A DNA stretch of 64,000 nt from NCBI RefSeq assembly GCF_022539665.2, contig NC_081331.1, positions 11,842,001-11,906,000 of the forward strand, written 5' to 3'. This DNA comes from Daphnia carinata (Eukaryota). The number at the start of each line of letters is the position of its first letter. Positions within the stretch are counted from its first letter, which is position 1. Shown here in pieces: positions 40,804 to 54,354 of this stretch. A program made the translations under genes and the position numbers. The notes under the pieces were generated by a model. It was given only the letters and a program-made list of their open reading frames with translations. It did not search any database and was not told where the DNA came from.

Positions 40804-43800
40804 ATGGATAACACGCTGGCCAGTTTGGAAGAGAGGTGAGTTTTTGTTAATTCTCGTTCTTCATATTTTACATTCATTTAGGAACTATAGATTGTTTTAA
40901 GATGAAAGATATGTAAACAGGAAGTAACCAAGAGGCTGAGAACGGCTGGAGAGAAATTGAGCTCTGCGCTTAGCATCAGGCATTAGATCCACACCCAGCT
41001 TCTACGCCCACATATTTCTAACCATAGTGGCAACAGATTATGAGCCATGATGGTTAGGCTTCAAGGGATTTGAGGCATTCTGATCAGTCTCTTGTTGTGC
41101 CAATTGTCTATTGGTGGAGGCATGGCTGATTCTTGTACGATGACGGGATCTCAATTCCCGTTTCTCTATCTTTCTCCCCCTTCTGTGTGTTCCTGCTTGC
41201 GTGCTCGACCGACCCCACTGGAGACTAACCGTACATTTCGCTGGAGAAGCAACAAGATGAAGGAGGGGAATTGAAATCAAAAGGAAAGAGCGAGGTCCAG
41301 CTCTTGTTTAAAAGAAGGCTTGGAAACGGAACGTGACGGAGCGTTCGTGAGCCAAGTTAAAGAGCAGAATTGAATTTCCATTAGAATCGACTGCACTGTA
41401 GCAGTACGTTCATCGTCATTTAATTTCAAAAAGGGAGTGGAGAGAGATTCAAAACGCAGAGAACCCGAACTAATGTCCATTTGAAATTTCGTTTTCTCCC
41501 TCCTGTTGTTAGAGCTGGTGGTGCTAGTCGTTTTAGGGGTTGAGCAAGTTCCGCATGTGTTGCGTGATGGATTTTCCTCTCGTTATCCCCTGACGCAACA
41601 TACATACGCAGATGGACAAAGAAAAAAAAACCTCTTCATGGCCCGATAATTCCGGTGAAAATCGACCGCCAGTCTTATCCAATCTACCACGCCCGTCACA
41701 TACACATCTTCTCAATTCTCATCGGTTTTGAGTGGAATACTTATGAGATAGCAGACAGTATTCCCGACGACTGGACCTGTTTTTACATTTTTGCGTTTTT
41801 TTTTTTTCTTTCTTTTTTGTTTATAAAAGTATGCCAGTAGCGTTTGGCCGTTTTGTGTACGCCAAGTCTTCCGTTCTCTTGCTCCTCTTTTTTGTGGTTG
41901 CTCCTCATTTTTTCTTGGTGTATACCTTCCCGATGGGGAGAGAAGGCAAGAGGATGCTTTGTTTTATTTAAAAAAACTTAAAAGGCCGGCCCCGTGTCCG
42001 GTCCAAAACACTGGGAAAAAGGGGCCCTGGTTAAACACAAGAAGGAGAGAGGGAGCAAAGAGGGGGGCCACCCTCTCTCAGGTTTCCCCTTCGAGGAGCT
42101 CAAGGTCTTCTGACATGGCCCAGGAAACAAATGGCGTATTTCTCTTTTGCTTTTCTTGTAGACGCGTTGGTTAAAAGGAAAATGTAAGAAAAAAGGTGGG
42201 AGGAGAATTAAAAATGCCACCTGCAATGCACACCACTGCCTTTTCTCTGAAGGACTACACAATGAGAACCGGTGGCTTGTCGAATCCTTTGAAAAAAAAA
42301 AAGCTATTTGTCTCTGACTCTTTCTTTGGAGGTGCGAACAATCAAAGAATGAAAAATTGAACTTTGAATCGAAACAGAATTTGAGATTTGTTGACCCCCC
42401 ACCGTTTTCGATACGAGATTGTTTCCGAGTGATAATAGTGAGAAGTAACACGATCAACGTTTTGTGATGCTCAAGTTTAAAAAATAATGAACAAATCCTG
42501 TATCCGACGATGGGAAGGGAAAAGGAAAGAACGAGGAAAAATCTAAATGCTGAATCATGCGCGCTGGTATGATTTTGTTTTTCCTCTTCTTCGTTTTCAT
42601 TTATTTATTCAGTGTGGGAATGGCATCGTGTATGTATATGTGAGTACATCCGGAAACTCCCGCGGAACCGATAGCGGTTTTGAAGAGGGCGGGCGATGAT
42701 GTCATTGCTATTAGAAAAGCGGCATTTGTTTTTCTTTTCCATAGTGGATATTTATTTCTTTTTACCCCTCTTCTTTTTGGTTTTTAAAGGAAGATGTTGA
42801 ACATTCCATTTTCATCTAAGATAAATGTGTGATGCAACAATTACGACATTACGACATCAACAGTTTATTTATACGTGCTTCTTTTTGTTTTTTCCTTTCC
42901 AGGTTGAACGAGCCGAACTGGTCCGGATTCCAAGGAGGTGCGCCACAGTTGGTGCAGTGGGGCACGCCGTCGCAGTACGGCACGTCGTCCGTCAACGGCG
43001 GCTTGATTGGCAGCAGCAACGTCGGCCATTCCAATCCGCATTCGCGGGTAGTGGTCATCAACCGAGACGACCGAGGATTCGGTTTCGTTGTGGCCGGAGA
43101 CAATCCCGTCTTCGTTCAAACCGTTCGCGAAGGTAGGAGACAAATACCATTTATCATTCCGCCTGTTTTTCTTGCAGGTGTCTCTTTCCGACGATGCTAT
43201 CTGTGACACATTTTATCTTTTCGTCTTTCTCTTTTGTTGCTGTTGTTTTTGTTTTGTTTTAAAATTTATTACCCTCGTATGGTTTCTGCATTATTCATTT
43301 AGTATTTCTCTTTTTGCATGATAATAGGAAGAAATCGATGTCGTTTTTCGTTGTTGTCATTTTTTTTTTGGTTTCTTTGGTTTCTTTACCCCCTTTTTAT
43401 GTTCTTAGGCGGAGCCGCTGAGCGAGCTGGCATTTTTAAGGATGATTTTATTATCAAGGTATTTTTCAGTTAGACTCGGTTTAATATTTTTTTTCCCCAT
43501 GTTTTTGTGAAGATACAAGTGGTTTATATATATATTTTTTGGATATGTGTCATCTCCATTACCCATGTATTTTGTGGTTGAATAGGTTAACGGATCGTGG
43601 GTGACCCAGTCGAACCACGCCGAGGTCGTCGATTTGATTAGAGGTACGTTGTTGTTTTGTTTTGTTAAATTTTTTTTTTCTCTTTCGTTTTTCTCTCTCA
43701 TTGACACACCTTCTCTACGCCCTTACCTTTTTCCAGACGGGAGAGGGAGGTAAAAAAGGCGGTACTTCTAAATGGAATGTTTTCCTTCACATCCTCCCCT

Positions 43801-46800
43801 CCTTATTTTTAGTTGAATTTTAATAAAATAACTTCTCGTGGTATTTTTGAAGTATCGCTGGGAAAGAAAGAAAAAAGATACTTCTAGGGAAAAATAACAA
43901 TGCGGACCTGCTTGTTGATGGATCTTTTTTTTTTTTTTTTTTTTGAAAGAGGAGGCCACTAAAAGATAGTAACCGACCATAGTCGCCAGGTCCTTTTTAC
44001 CCTCTTCAACCTTGCCAATAATTAGGCAGGCAGAGACGACCATCGTCGAGAAAAAAAAGGAGGGTCGATAGGTTTCAAGAAATTGAAATTCCAATGAATC
44101 TATTCACACAGCTGCTGGTCACATTTGAAAATGATCCGTTAAAAGAAAGTAGGGAACGTTCGGTCAAGTCCCCGTTTGAACATGTTATCTATTTATTTGG
44201 TGGCCGACTCTTTATTTTGTTATCGGGAAAAAAAGAAATGGAAGAAGAAAACTGTGTATACGGCGCCCAGCCACCGCCAGCTGTTTTTCTTTTCTCCTCT
44301 TTTTTTTCTGGGAGGGAAGAAAGAGAGTGCGCGCTATAGTCGATTGTCGAGGGTATTGCTCTGGCGGCCTTCCGCAGCTGCCCATGGATGGCATCGCCAT
44401 TCATCTCTCTGGTGGGAGGAAGATGGGAGTAAAAGACGCTCCTTTGGAGCTTCTGATGCTGTCAGTGACGTCGTCTGGTGTAGAAGTCGGGCGGCGACGA
44501 GGGCCAGAAATAGAGATGCAGAACTATCGACCCACTTGAGGTTTTGGGAATTTTCTTCCTCGCCACATTTCAAGCACTAAATGAAAAAGAAAGAATTTAT
44601 TTATTATTTTTTCCAATACTGCTGCCCGTCACGTTCGAATGTGGCCAATGAGGATCTCATCCATCTTCATCAGGTCTTCTTAGAATGTAATCTTATGGTC
44701 GGAGTGCTGGACAATTCCTGCATTTTCTGGTTCTCTCTCAAAAAATTATGTATTTATTCTAGATGGTACCTCTCCGCCCTCCTACTCTGGCATACATAAT
44801 CAATCTGAACGGGTTAGTCTAAGCGGATTTTTGTTTTGTTTTCCGTGCGTAGAGAAGGGTGGGGTTGCACTTTTTATTTAATGAACACAAACACATTTCC
44901 CTTATTTAAAAAAAAAAAGTATTGCATGGCTGTTAAGAGCACACAAAAATTCCGAATGGATTTGTATCCATAAATGTCAATGTGTCGCCCGTTTTAGATA
45001 GCGGCTGTGAGATATCATTGTGACCGGTTTAATGTGCGTGTGTCTCTGCCTCAGGTCATTAAATAGTAACGTTGTGAAAATATGCCCCACCGGTTGTCAC
45101 TTGCGAAGAAATGCAGAAAATTACTCGTTGGCCAACATCCCAAAAACCTTAGAGCGCGCAGCCGTACACCAATTAAGAACGCAACATGTTGCAAGCACAC
45201 GTTGTGTAACGCTATTCCGTTGTTTTCCGAACTTTTATTCGTTTTTCCCTTCTTTTTTTTCCCCTTTCTTTCTTCATCGCCGCGCTAGTTAACTGTACAT
45301 TTGCAGCGCATTCCCATGTCTACGCTGCCATCTTGTATGTTGCCTCAACGATCTAACCCGATTGTCTGTGTTCTGTTGTTATGATTTCATGGATGCAGCG
45401 GGCGGATCGAGCGTGGCTCTCACCGTGATATCGCCAATCTACGGATCGAGCAACGGGTCCAGCATCCCGTCTCACTACAACTCACCGTACGCCATGCCTT
45501 CACTTCATCCGTCATCGACGAGTCCGTTGGGCCCTCAGGCACCACCACCTCCACCGCCGCCTCCCATTATGACGACGTCTACTACCCCAACGTCGAGAGG
45601 ATTGCATCACCAGCCTTCTATGCGCGTCGGAATCACTAGTCCACAGCCTGTCGGGGTATACGCACATTTCAAATGGGAATTTCATGTTGTTGTTGTTGTT
45701 GTTGTTTTTTTCTCTTTTTCCCTTTCGTTTCCTTTTGTTTTCCTAAGTGTTGTCCAGATCGGGTACATCCCTCTAGTTCTTGGAGTAGCAGTAGGTTGAT
45801 TTTTCCATAGCGATGAAAGCGACCCACAGCGACGGGCCACAGAACTTGTTACTTTTTTTCTTTCCAGACCGGATCGTAGGAATGTAGAAAGATTTCTTTT
45901 TTTGTTTTGTTTTTGCGACTTGTTTTCTACACGATAGGGACAGTCGTTTGATTGGGCGTGAACAAAAACATTACGTTACCTTGATATGCCATACGTCTGT
46001 AACGCCCAGAATGTGACACGGAAAGGCCTTGGTCCACGCCAAAATGCGAACGCGTGTCGGCTTGTCGTCGTCCTTTTGTTATTCAGCCCGTAATACGAGT
46101 CTGTTAGACGTAACGTTTTGCAATAGACAACGGGTGGTGGTGGCGTTGTGCAAACGCTGTGAAAACCAACCCTAGCATGCAAGCGACAGAAAAGTTTTGG
46201 TAAACATGACAAGAGCATGACAATTCTTGCTTTTCTTATTGCGGAAGAGAGCCTTCATTGTGATGATGAACAGTGGTTTGTTTGTTGAATAACGTTGCTG
46301 GTGTGAAGAACGAGGAAGATCTTGTACACCGATTGTATCCGCAGCGGATGCCTGTAGACCCGTATACGCTGCCTGATCTTTATGTTTGTTTGCTTTTATT
46401 TTCTTTCTTCCTTTTTTTGGCTGATTTTTTTTTTTTTTTTTTCGATTTGTTGTGCACAGCACGAACAACAACGCGTCGTCGAGCTGGAGCGTCTCAACAC
46501 GTTCAAGTTGATGCTGGAAAAGGAAGCCCAGTTCGTGGAGACGAAGCGGGGCGACTTGGCGCGCGGATACAACCCGTCCGTGGCCGTCGAGTTGGCCAGC
46601 GCCGAAAAGCGCGTCCGCGAACTCCAGCAAAAGTACAACCAGATGGCCAACCGGCTCGGATTGCCCACCTCGGAAAGTCAACCATTACTGGTACTGTATT
46701 CCATTTTTTTTTTTTTTTTTGTTTACGACTGTTGTGTTCGAGGAAACAATAATTTAACGTTTGCCTAGCAGCATCGTGAATGTTTTGCCTCGCGAAAGAG

Positions 46801-49800
46801 TTAGTTGTTTTCAGAAATTCCTAGGCAGTTTGTTTTAACAATTTTGATTATATATGGACTCCCATGTTTTTTTGTTTTTTTTACTCAGTTTGTGTTGTTA
46901 TTTGTTTGGTTTTTACCTTTGCTTCCGAATGGTGATTGATCCGCTCCCGTTCTCCTCGCACAGTCGCAGACGACCCGTACATAAACAGTACTTGCTCTTC
47001 TTGCGGTTTTCAGTGTTTTTTCCCCTAATCCACGCAACCAACAGACTGGCCCATTTGGGCGTCCTCCATGAAATTATTTAATGACCTTATTTTAGTTGAT
47101 GCACACTAATGACATAATGACTGATGGCGTGTCTTGCTTTGTTTATATTTTTTGTTTCTCTTTTTCCCTAACAACACAACGACGAAAAACCCTTTTTTTT
47201 TTCATTACGAAACTCGAAACCCCCCAGTTGTCGTCATCGACCCATCGTTCTCCATCGCCGGCCAACCGGCCCCAATCGGCTCATTATCCAGTAGGAGTTT
47301 CTGTGGCACGTTCTGGCAGTAGTGGCAGTGGAAATAGGATATCCCAGCGACCACCTGGTGCCGTCGAAGGTGGCGGCTGGGATAATCTAGGATGCGACGT
47401 TCCACCACCGCTACCGGCCCGCAACCGCTCGTTGGTGTCGCACAATTCATCCCCGTTGATCCTGTCGAGCCCAGTCCCTGGCGAAACACCTTCGTCTCCT
47501 CCGCCCCCTCTTCCACCCCGAAATCCTTCTACTGCCTCGTCTTCCTCTTGCTCTTCCTCTTCGTCGTCCTCCTCCTCGGCCGCAGCCGCCGCGTCCGGCA
47601 TGCCGGACATAGTCCCTTCGGCTAACGGAGCAAGTCAGGAACAACATCGAATTCTGCTGCGCGATTCGCCCACTAACCAACCTCCTTCGTCCAGCGTAAG
47701 TTGACCCTTTCTCCTGACTCAACCTTCCACGCTTTCCATCTTCTTCCGGTTCACAACTTTGGGCAATTGTTTCGAAATTAAATATTTTTAAAACACAAAA
47801 ACAAACAAACAAAAAAAAAACTGGGTGTTTTTTTTCTATTGATTGGTTTTTGAACGAGCCCTGCCTTGCTCTGCTTGCTCACCAACGTGCATGACTAATT
47901 CAACGCCATGGCCTTGTTTCATTTTTTTTTTCTCTCCCTATCTTGATCGTTTTTTTTTTTTTGTTATGTTTTGTTCTGCTTTGTTTTTGGAGCACACGAG
48001 TCGTGGTATTGGATATTTATCTTTGTCGATACGTTTGCAGGCCGGCAGACCGAGCACGAGTCCGTTGCCTTCACATCACCGCACAAAGTCAAGTCCGTTC
48101 CCTTTTCCAGTCCAGCCCGTTGCTGCCAGCGCACCAGACAGTAAGAGCATAAATTACACGAAGGAGGTTCTGAAGCGAATACCAATTTAACCACTTCTTT
48201 CTCTCTTTTTCTGTTTTTTTTTTTTTTCCTTTTTTTTTTTTTTGGACTGCTGAATGCAGCTCGGCGTTTCAGTTCGTCCGATTCCATTAGCGAGTTGGAT
48301 TTATCGACCAGACGTGTCGGTGGCAAAGACACGGACTCCCCCACACACGGCACTCCTCCCGGCACACCTCCGCCGCCTTACAGGCGACCCGTCAGTCCCT
48401 TAGCCGAAGATGGGAACGGCAGCGAGGTAATTTGTTACCCAGAAGCACCAGCTCAACATTGGCCGCTGTAGTCTGTCCGTCTTAATGCTGTGCCATCTGC
48501 CAACTGTTTATTGTTTTTTGTTTTTATTTTGTTTTTTTATTTTATTTTCTTTCTTTCACTCACTCACTCACTCACAGACGGCGGCGACAGGCTCGCTCCC
48601 AGCTGCTCATCAAGCCTCGCCTTCCGGAGTCGTTTATGCTGGACAGGAAACCCAGTTGAATATCATTTCTATGGAAGAGGACGAATTCTCTGATCATGAA
48701 TCCGTCAAGGTTCGCAGTCGATATTCCCTATCAAATGTTTCGTTGTTACGTGCGAAAATTAATGGCATGATATTCTTTGTTGTTGTCTTCAGGGGCAGAT
48801 TGATGATCACGGTGTGTTCAAAACCTTGGCCAAACTCTGGCAGCACAATGCCCACTTGGCCGTCTTCATGAATTTCGTCATGATGAACTGCGACCCAGCC
48901 AGCTTGGTATGATACTTTGATATGCATGGCGTCATTGTTGACGATAAATTGAATTTCGTGTTTTGATTGTGAGCGCAGTTCTTCCATTTAATAACGGATC
49001 TATACAAAGAGGGTACTGCCAAGGACATGAAAAAGTGGGCTTATGAAATTCATTCAACTTACCTCGTTCCTAATGCGGTACGATTCCCGTTTTTTAAGGT
49101 TTCAGTTCTTTGATGTGTAATCGTTGACTTTGATGTTCTCCCTTCAACGATAGCCATTGAAACTGAACAACGTCGATGAGCACGTATTGCACGAAATTGA
49201 TGACGCCTTACAAATAGACATTGACAAAGAAGAAATCCTCCGAAAGGTCTGCCTCGATTGAAATGTTTCAGGGTTGCCCTAAAAGTTGCAGTCGCATTCA
49301 TGGAATTTTTTTTCTTCTTTTTTTATTGATTTGCAGGTTTTCCTGAAAGCGAGATCGAAAGCCAAAGAGGAACTGAAACGACATTTAGCCGAGTTTCTCA
49401 GCAAACGGACCGTCGGCTTGGGAACCATATTTGGTCCGAGCGACGCCGTTTTGGACGAGACGATCCACGACAAGGCCAAGGAAGTCAAGATTGTCGAGAG
49501 CCTCCTCCTACCTCGGCTAGAGTCATTGGCGTAAGTATTTCAGCCCGTGGGAGCCCGGCTGTTTTTTTTGTTTTTTTGTATTTTGTTTTTTTGAAACCCA
49601 TTACGCTACTTAACGGCCGTTATTCTTATGCCAACCTTGCAGGGAGGATTTGGAGAATTCCAGTGATCGCAACCAGGCCATTGCCTCTTCGTTGGCCACC
49701 GTCTTGCAGAAAAACTTTAATGTCAAGAGCCCACAAGCCACCAGTCAGATAGAGCGTTGTCCGACGTTCGTAGCTAAGGAAAAATCAATCAAGCCCAAAT

Positions 49801-52800
49801 TCCTCAGTAAAAACAAAAAGGTAAGGCTTTATAAAAACCAAAAAATGCATTTCCATTAGGCTCCTCTGTTTCTGTTGCTGACTCATCATCCTTTTGTTTT
49901 TCCGACCGACAGCAACTGACTGCCAAGGGCCATCACTTTGTGGCCCACCAGTATTTCAGCGTGACACTCTGTAATCACTGCGGCAACGTTTTGTGGGGCA
50001 CCAGTCCTCAGGGATACCAATGCACAAGTAATAAATGATGCGACATTCGCCATACCGGCATTCAACAGCTATAATACCCTATTTGCTTATTTTTCTCTCC
50101 TTCCCCCTCTTTTTTCTTTGCAGATTGCGAGATGAACATTCACAAAGGGTGCGTCAAGGTGATCGAAGAGAGCTGCATTGGGGCTCTTCATCGCAAGGAT
50201 CGCGGCAACGATCGCATCAGCAAGATTGTCGATCGCTTTCGCCCTGAAAGGGAACTCAAGAGAAAGCTGACCACCCAAGGTATTACACGAAATCGACATT
50301 TGTCTAGCGAGGTTGTAACGCTCTAACTGTATTGTTCTCCCTACGTGCCCATTCAATGGCCAAGGACTAGGAGATAAAAATCTGCGACGTGCAGACGATT
50401 CGCTGGAAGCGTCAATCACCGGATCGCTGGATTCTGAATCGTCAACAGGTGAGTTTATCCTATTTGTTTCTTTTTTTTTTATTTTTCGAATTGCAACTAG
50501 CTCTAGGAAAAACACAGTCTTTTCATCTTCCATAGTTATAAGTTTATGGAGTTTTTTTCATTATTATTATTATTTTCCCTAATTGATCCCCTTCCGTCGC
50601 AAGTTTTACTTTCAAATCTTTAATGAAAGCGAAACATTTTTTTTAAAACTTCGTAAGCCTCTTGCTTCTTACCGCTCCTTCGCGAATCAGTGGTGTTTCC
50701 ATGGATAAACATCCACGCAGCTGCTATCTGTTCCCATTTCAGCGTTATTGATTTCTCGTCCGCCGCGAAGGGATCTCGAGTGTGCAGGGCAACTTTCAAT
50801 TCAAGCGGACGATTTACGTAAAAATCGTCTTCTTTTTTCTTCTTTTTTCGTGCCTTTCTTCCGTCCTTGCCGACCAAAGATTTGCTCGTAATGGAAAGAT
50901 CGTTACCAAGCTTCCCTACCGTAGCAAAACTGTTGAAAATCTCCACGACACGGCTGCCAACAAACGTTGTGGCGCATTTGACTTGGGCTCGCATCCCAGA
51001 ATCATGAAGGAAATGGATTTGTTTAAATATGGGGTAGGAAAAAAACACGCATCACGATATATTTTTTTTGTTGTTGTTGTCGCGTTCTTCTTCTTTTGCC
51101 AACGGATTGGCAAGTTTCGAAGAAGGAAAAAAAAAAAAAAAATCTAGAACCCAACCGTGAAATCCAGATCAAAAATGGAGGTCTGATTTCTGGCCGTCCA
51201 TTTTTTTTCCCCCTCTCTTCATTTTGACGTTTTTATTTTAGTGGTTGGTTTAGACCAATCATTAGAAACTGCAATCGTGACAGCCAGATTCAGAAAAAAA
51301 CAAAAAAAAAAAAACAAACAAAAGTTTTAACAAGCGCTCAGAAATAATTGTGGGTTACGTCTGAACCGTTGTTTTTCAAATTGATGGAAGAACGATGTTT
51401 CTATACGGCAGAGTGCGTGGATACAATCCGAATGGTCACCAGACCGATGATGTGCATATCTCTTCACTTCTTTTCCTCTCTCTCTCTCTCTCTCTCTCTC
51501 CCTCCCTCTCTCCCTCTCTCTCTCCCCTGCTGTCGTTATATAGCTGCTGTTGTTTGACGTCATCCGGCTGTCACACAAATCAGCGGATGAGAAAAACACG
51601 CCATTATGGGCCGTGCCAAGTTGTTCACATCATTCTCTTAGACGAGTAATTGTATTTCACAACCTCCTTTTTTTTCTATATTTTTCTTCGAAATTCTTTT
51701 CGTTTTCTTACCTTTTTCCTCTTCGCCGATGGAAAAGATGTTAGAAATTCGCATGTCGTTCGGATTTTCTCCAATTCATTTTCGGTTAACGCCCACGCGG
51801 TGCGCGTTACGGGCTAAATGTGGTAGACGGGTAAATAGTTTGTTGTTTACCTGTTCCGTCTGCTACTACTATACTTCTCTTTTCACGTCGGTACGAAGGA
51901 TGAGAACCCCCCTTTTTTTTGGCGGTGTCGCTGCTTAGTTATATGGAAGTGGAGGCTGCAAAAGAAAAATGACGAGCCAATAGATCAGTCAGAAAATTTT
52001 TGGCGGACGTTGTTAAATATATTATCCGTTAAGGAGTTTCGCTTGCTGCCGATTCGGGGCGTCTCTTCTTTTTTTTTTTTTCGCTCCATCCGCTAATGCT
52101 AATGCAGCTGAGGGACTTGGAATAAGGACAACCTCAATAGAAACCTCGAAAAAGGAAAGAAAAGAAAACTATAAAATGAATAGGGCGGAGCAAAAAGAAA
52201 AAAAAAATGAAACGAAAGAAAGAAAGAAGTCAATCTCGGGAGCTGCCGCCACAGTCACCGGTGGTGGTCGTCGCCGTCACTAACCATCAGACAACCGCAT
52301 TCATCGCCGCAACGTTTTTTTTTTCCCTATCCATTTTTTTTTTTTGCCCTCTTTTTTGGGGCGTAAGGAGCAAAAGGTTTTCCTTCGCCGTTTGCTTTCT
52401 GCCTTCTTCAACGCGTGACATTTGCATACGCGTAACGAACGGGCAGCGTGCCCGCCAAGAAGGAAAGAAAAGAATTCTCGTATGCCAAAATGAGAGAGGG
52501 TGGAAGGAAGAAAACAAGTTGTAGGTAAACAGCAACTGGGAAAAGAGAGAAAATATATATATATATATTTTTTTTTTGCAGCTAGTCGTGGAGATGAATA
52601 GCGCTCGTTCTAGACACACGCACACGTACACACACGCATACACACACGCATACACACACGCATACACACACACACATGCACTCTCTATGGCAGAAAACGA
52701 CGACGATGGGCTGTCCCTGCAAGTCAGTCGCGGATTGAACGCCCGTTGGGATGCACGCATGGTACACGTTCCGTTGTGGGCACAGTTCACTTTGAAAACA

Positions 52801-54317
52801 AGAACAAGAATAAGCAAATAGTTGAACTTTGAATAGACAAGAATCTTGTTACAGTTTTAAACCGAGGCGATCATTAAAGTTTGGGAGCGAAACTAGTGCC
52901 AGTGGCCGCCGCCATTCAGCTGTCTTCACGCAATTAGCTAATCTAGAGGCTCGTTGTGCGTTTGATGTGTTTGTTTGTTTTCCGCCGTGTGTGTACATGT
53001 GCCGTGAAAGGGAAATCCAAGACAGTTGAACAAAGAGTGTGTCCAGCCGCCGTTTAGAGAGTCCGTTTTGTCCGTGTTCTTCTCGATATTGGATGTGTGT
53101 GTGTGTGTCTGTGTGCGTGTCTCTCCCTCTGTGTGTGTAAGAGTTCGATTAGAATCCTTCCCCTCTCTCGAGACTCTAGCTGATCAATGGTACACCTTGT
53201 GCGTAGGTGGCATTTGTTATCATGTGCCTACGCCATCATCCATTTTTTGTTGTTGAAAAAGAGCTACCTGATGTTGTTGGCGTTGGTCGGTAGCGTCATG
53301 GGATCCGATCAACATCCCAACTCAAGTCGCCCCACACGTTTGACGGAAGAAGAAGCAGACAAAAAGAAAAATCCTGTCGGTTGGTTGGAACGGAAGTAAC
53401 TAATTACTTAGGATTCTTTTTTTTTTTGCCCTTTTTTGCGAAGGATAGAAAAGGAGAGAGATGCGGCGAATGATGCGCTGTCGGCGCACCATGTACGGAT
53501 CGAAAAGACTAATCGGGTCCATCATCCGCGAATGTTTTCTGCGTCTTTCACGATGACGAGCAACATCGTCTGTTGATGAGATCAGTGAATAGTGGCGTTG
53601 GCGGCCAGGACGTTAATGGGATAGTAATTGATAGGACAGTGGTCAAGAGTTTTTATTTTTTATTATTTTTTTATTTTGTGCTTCTCTGCCTCCCGTTCCT
53701 GTCAGACATGTAATGTCTATTTAGCGAGAGTCCCGCCTACACGTACCTGAATGGAGTCGAGATATTGCACTAGCGAAATGCCAACACGTCATCTCAAGTT
53801 AAAGGGACTATTTCACGTTTAACCGTGGACGAACTGAGTAATAATTACCGGTGTGTTGTCATCATCATTGTCGCTCTTCATCATCGTTGTCACGTCGTAT
53901 ACTATACAAGGATCGTGTGAACTTACCCCTTTCGCCTCGTTTGGCACAACAGAACACGCTCGCTTACATAGCGCTAAACAAGAATGGAACCACCGCCCAA
54001 TGATCGGTTTGGCGCCTCTCCTCTGAGGCGCAACTCGAGTTTCCGGCGTCTCATCAAAGCTTGGGCTTCAGGTATCCCATTCCAGTCCCCTATATAATGC
54101 CCGTGACATGAGTACGAAAAGAAAGTGCAAGTTAAAGATTTCTGATTTACCCACGCTATTTTTATGAAAACTTTTTTTTATTTAGTTTCCTTTTTTTTTT
54201 TTTTTTTTTTTTTAAACATCATTTGTGTACGTTCACGAGCAGATCGTCAGTTGTTGTTGACATAAGAATGGGGGAGGAGGGCGATTTGTCGTGCAGAGGT
54301 TAGCCATAGAATCTGAA

Positions 54318-54354
<37 letters not shown>

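Noticed and set aside
45007..45023. Resemblance to the 5' end of bantam miRNA
   Set aside because: The seed is interrupted by extra bases, the 3' half does not match and no hairpin is evident.
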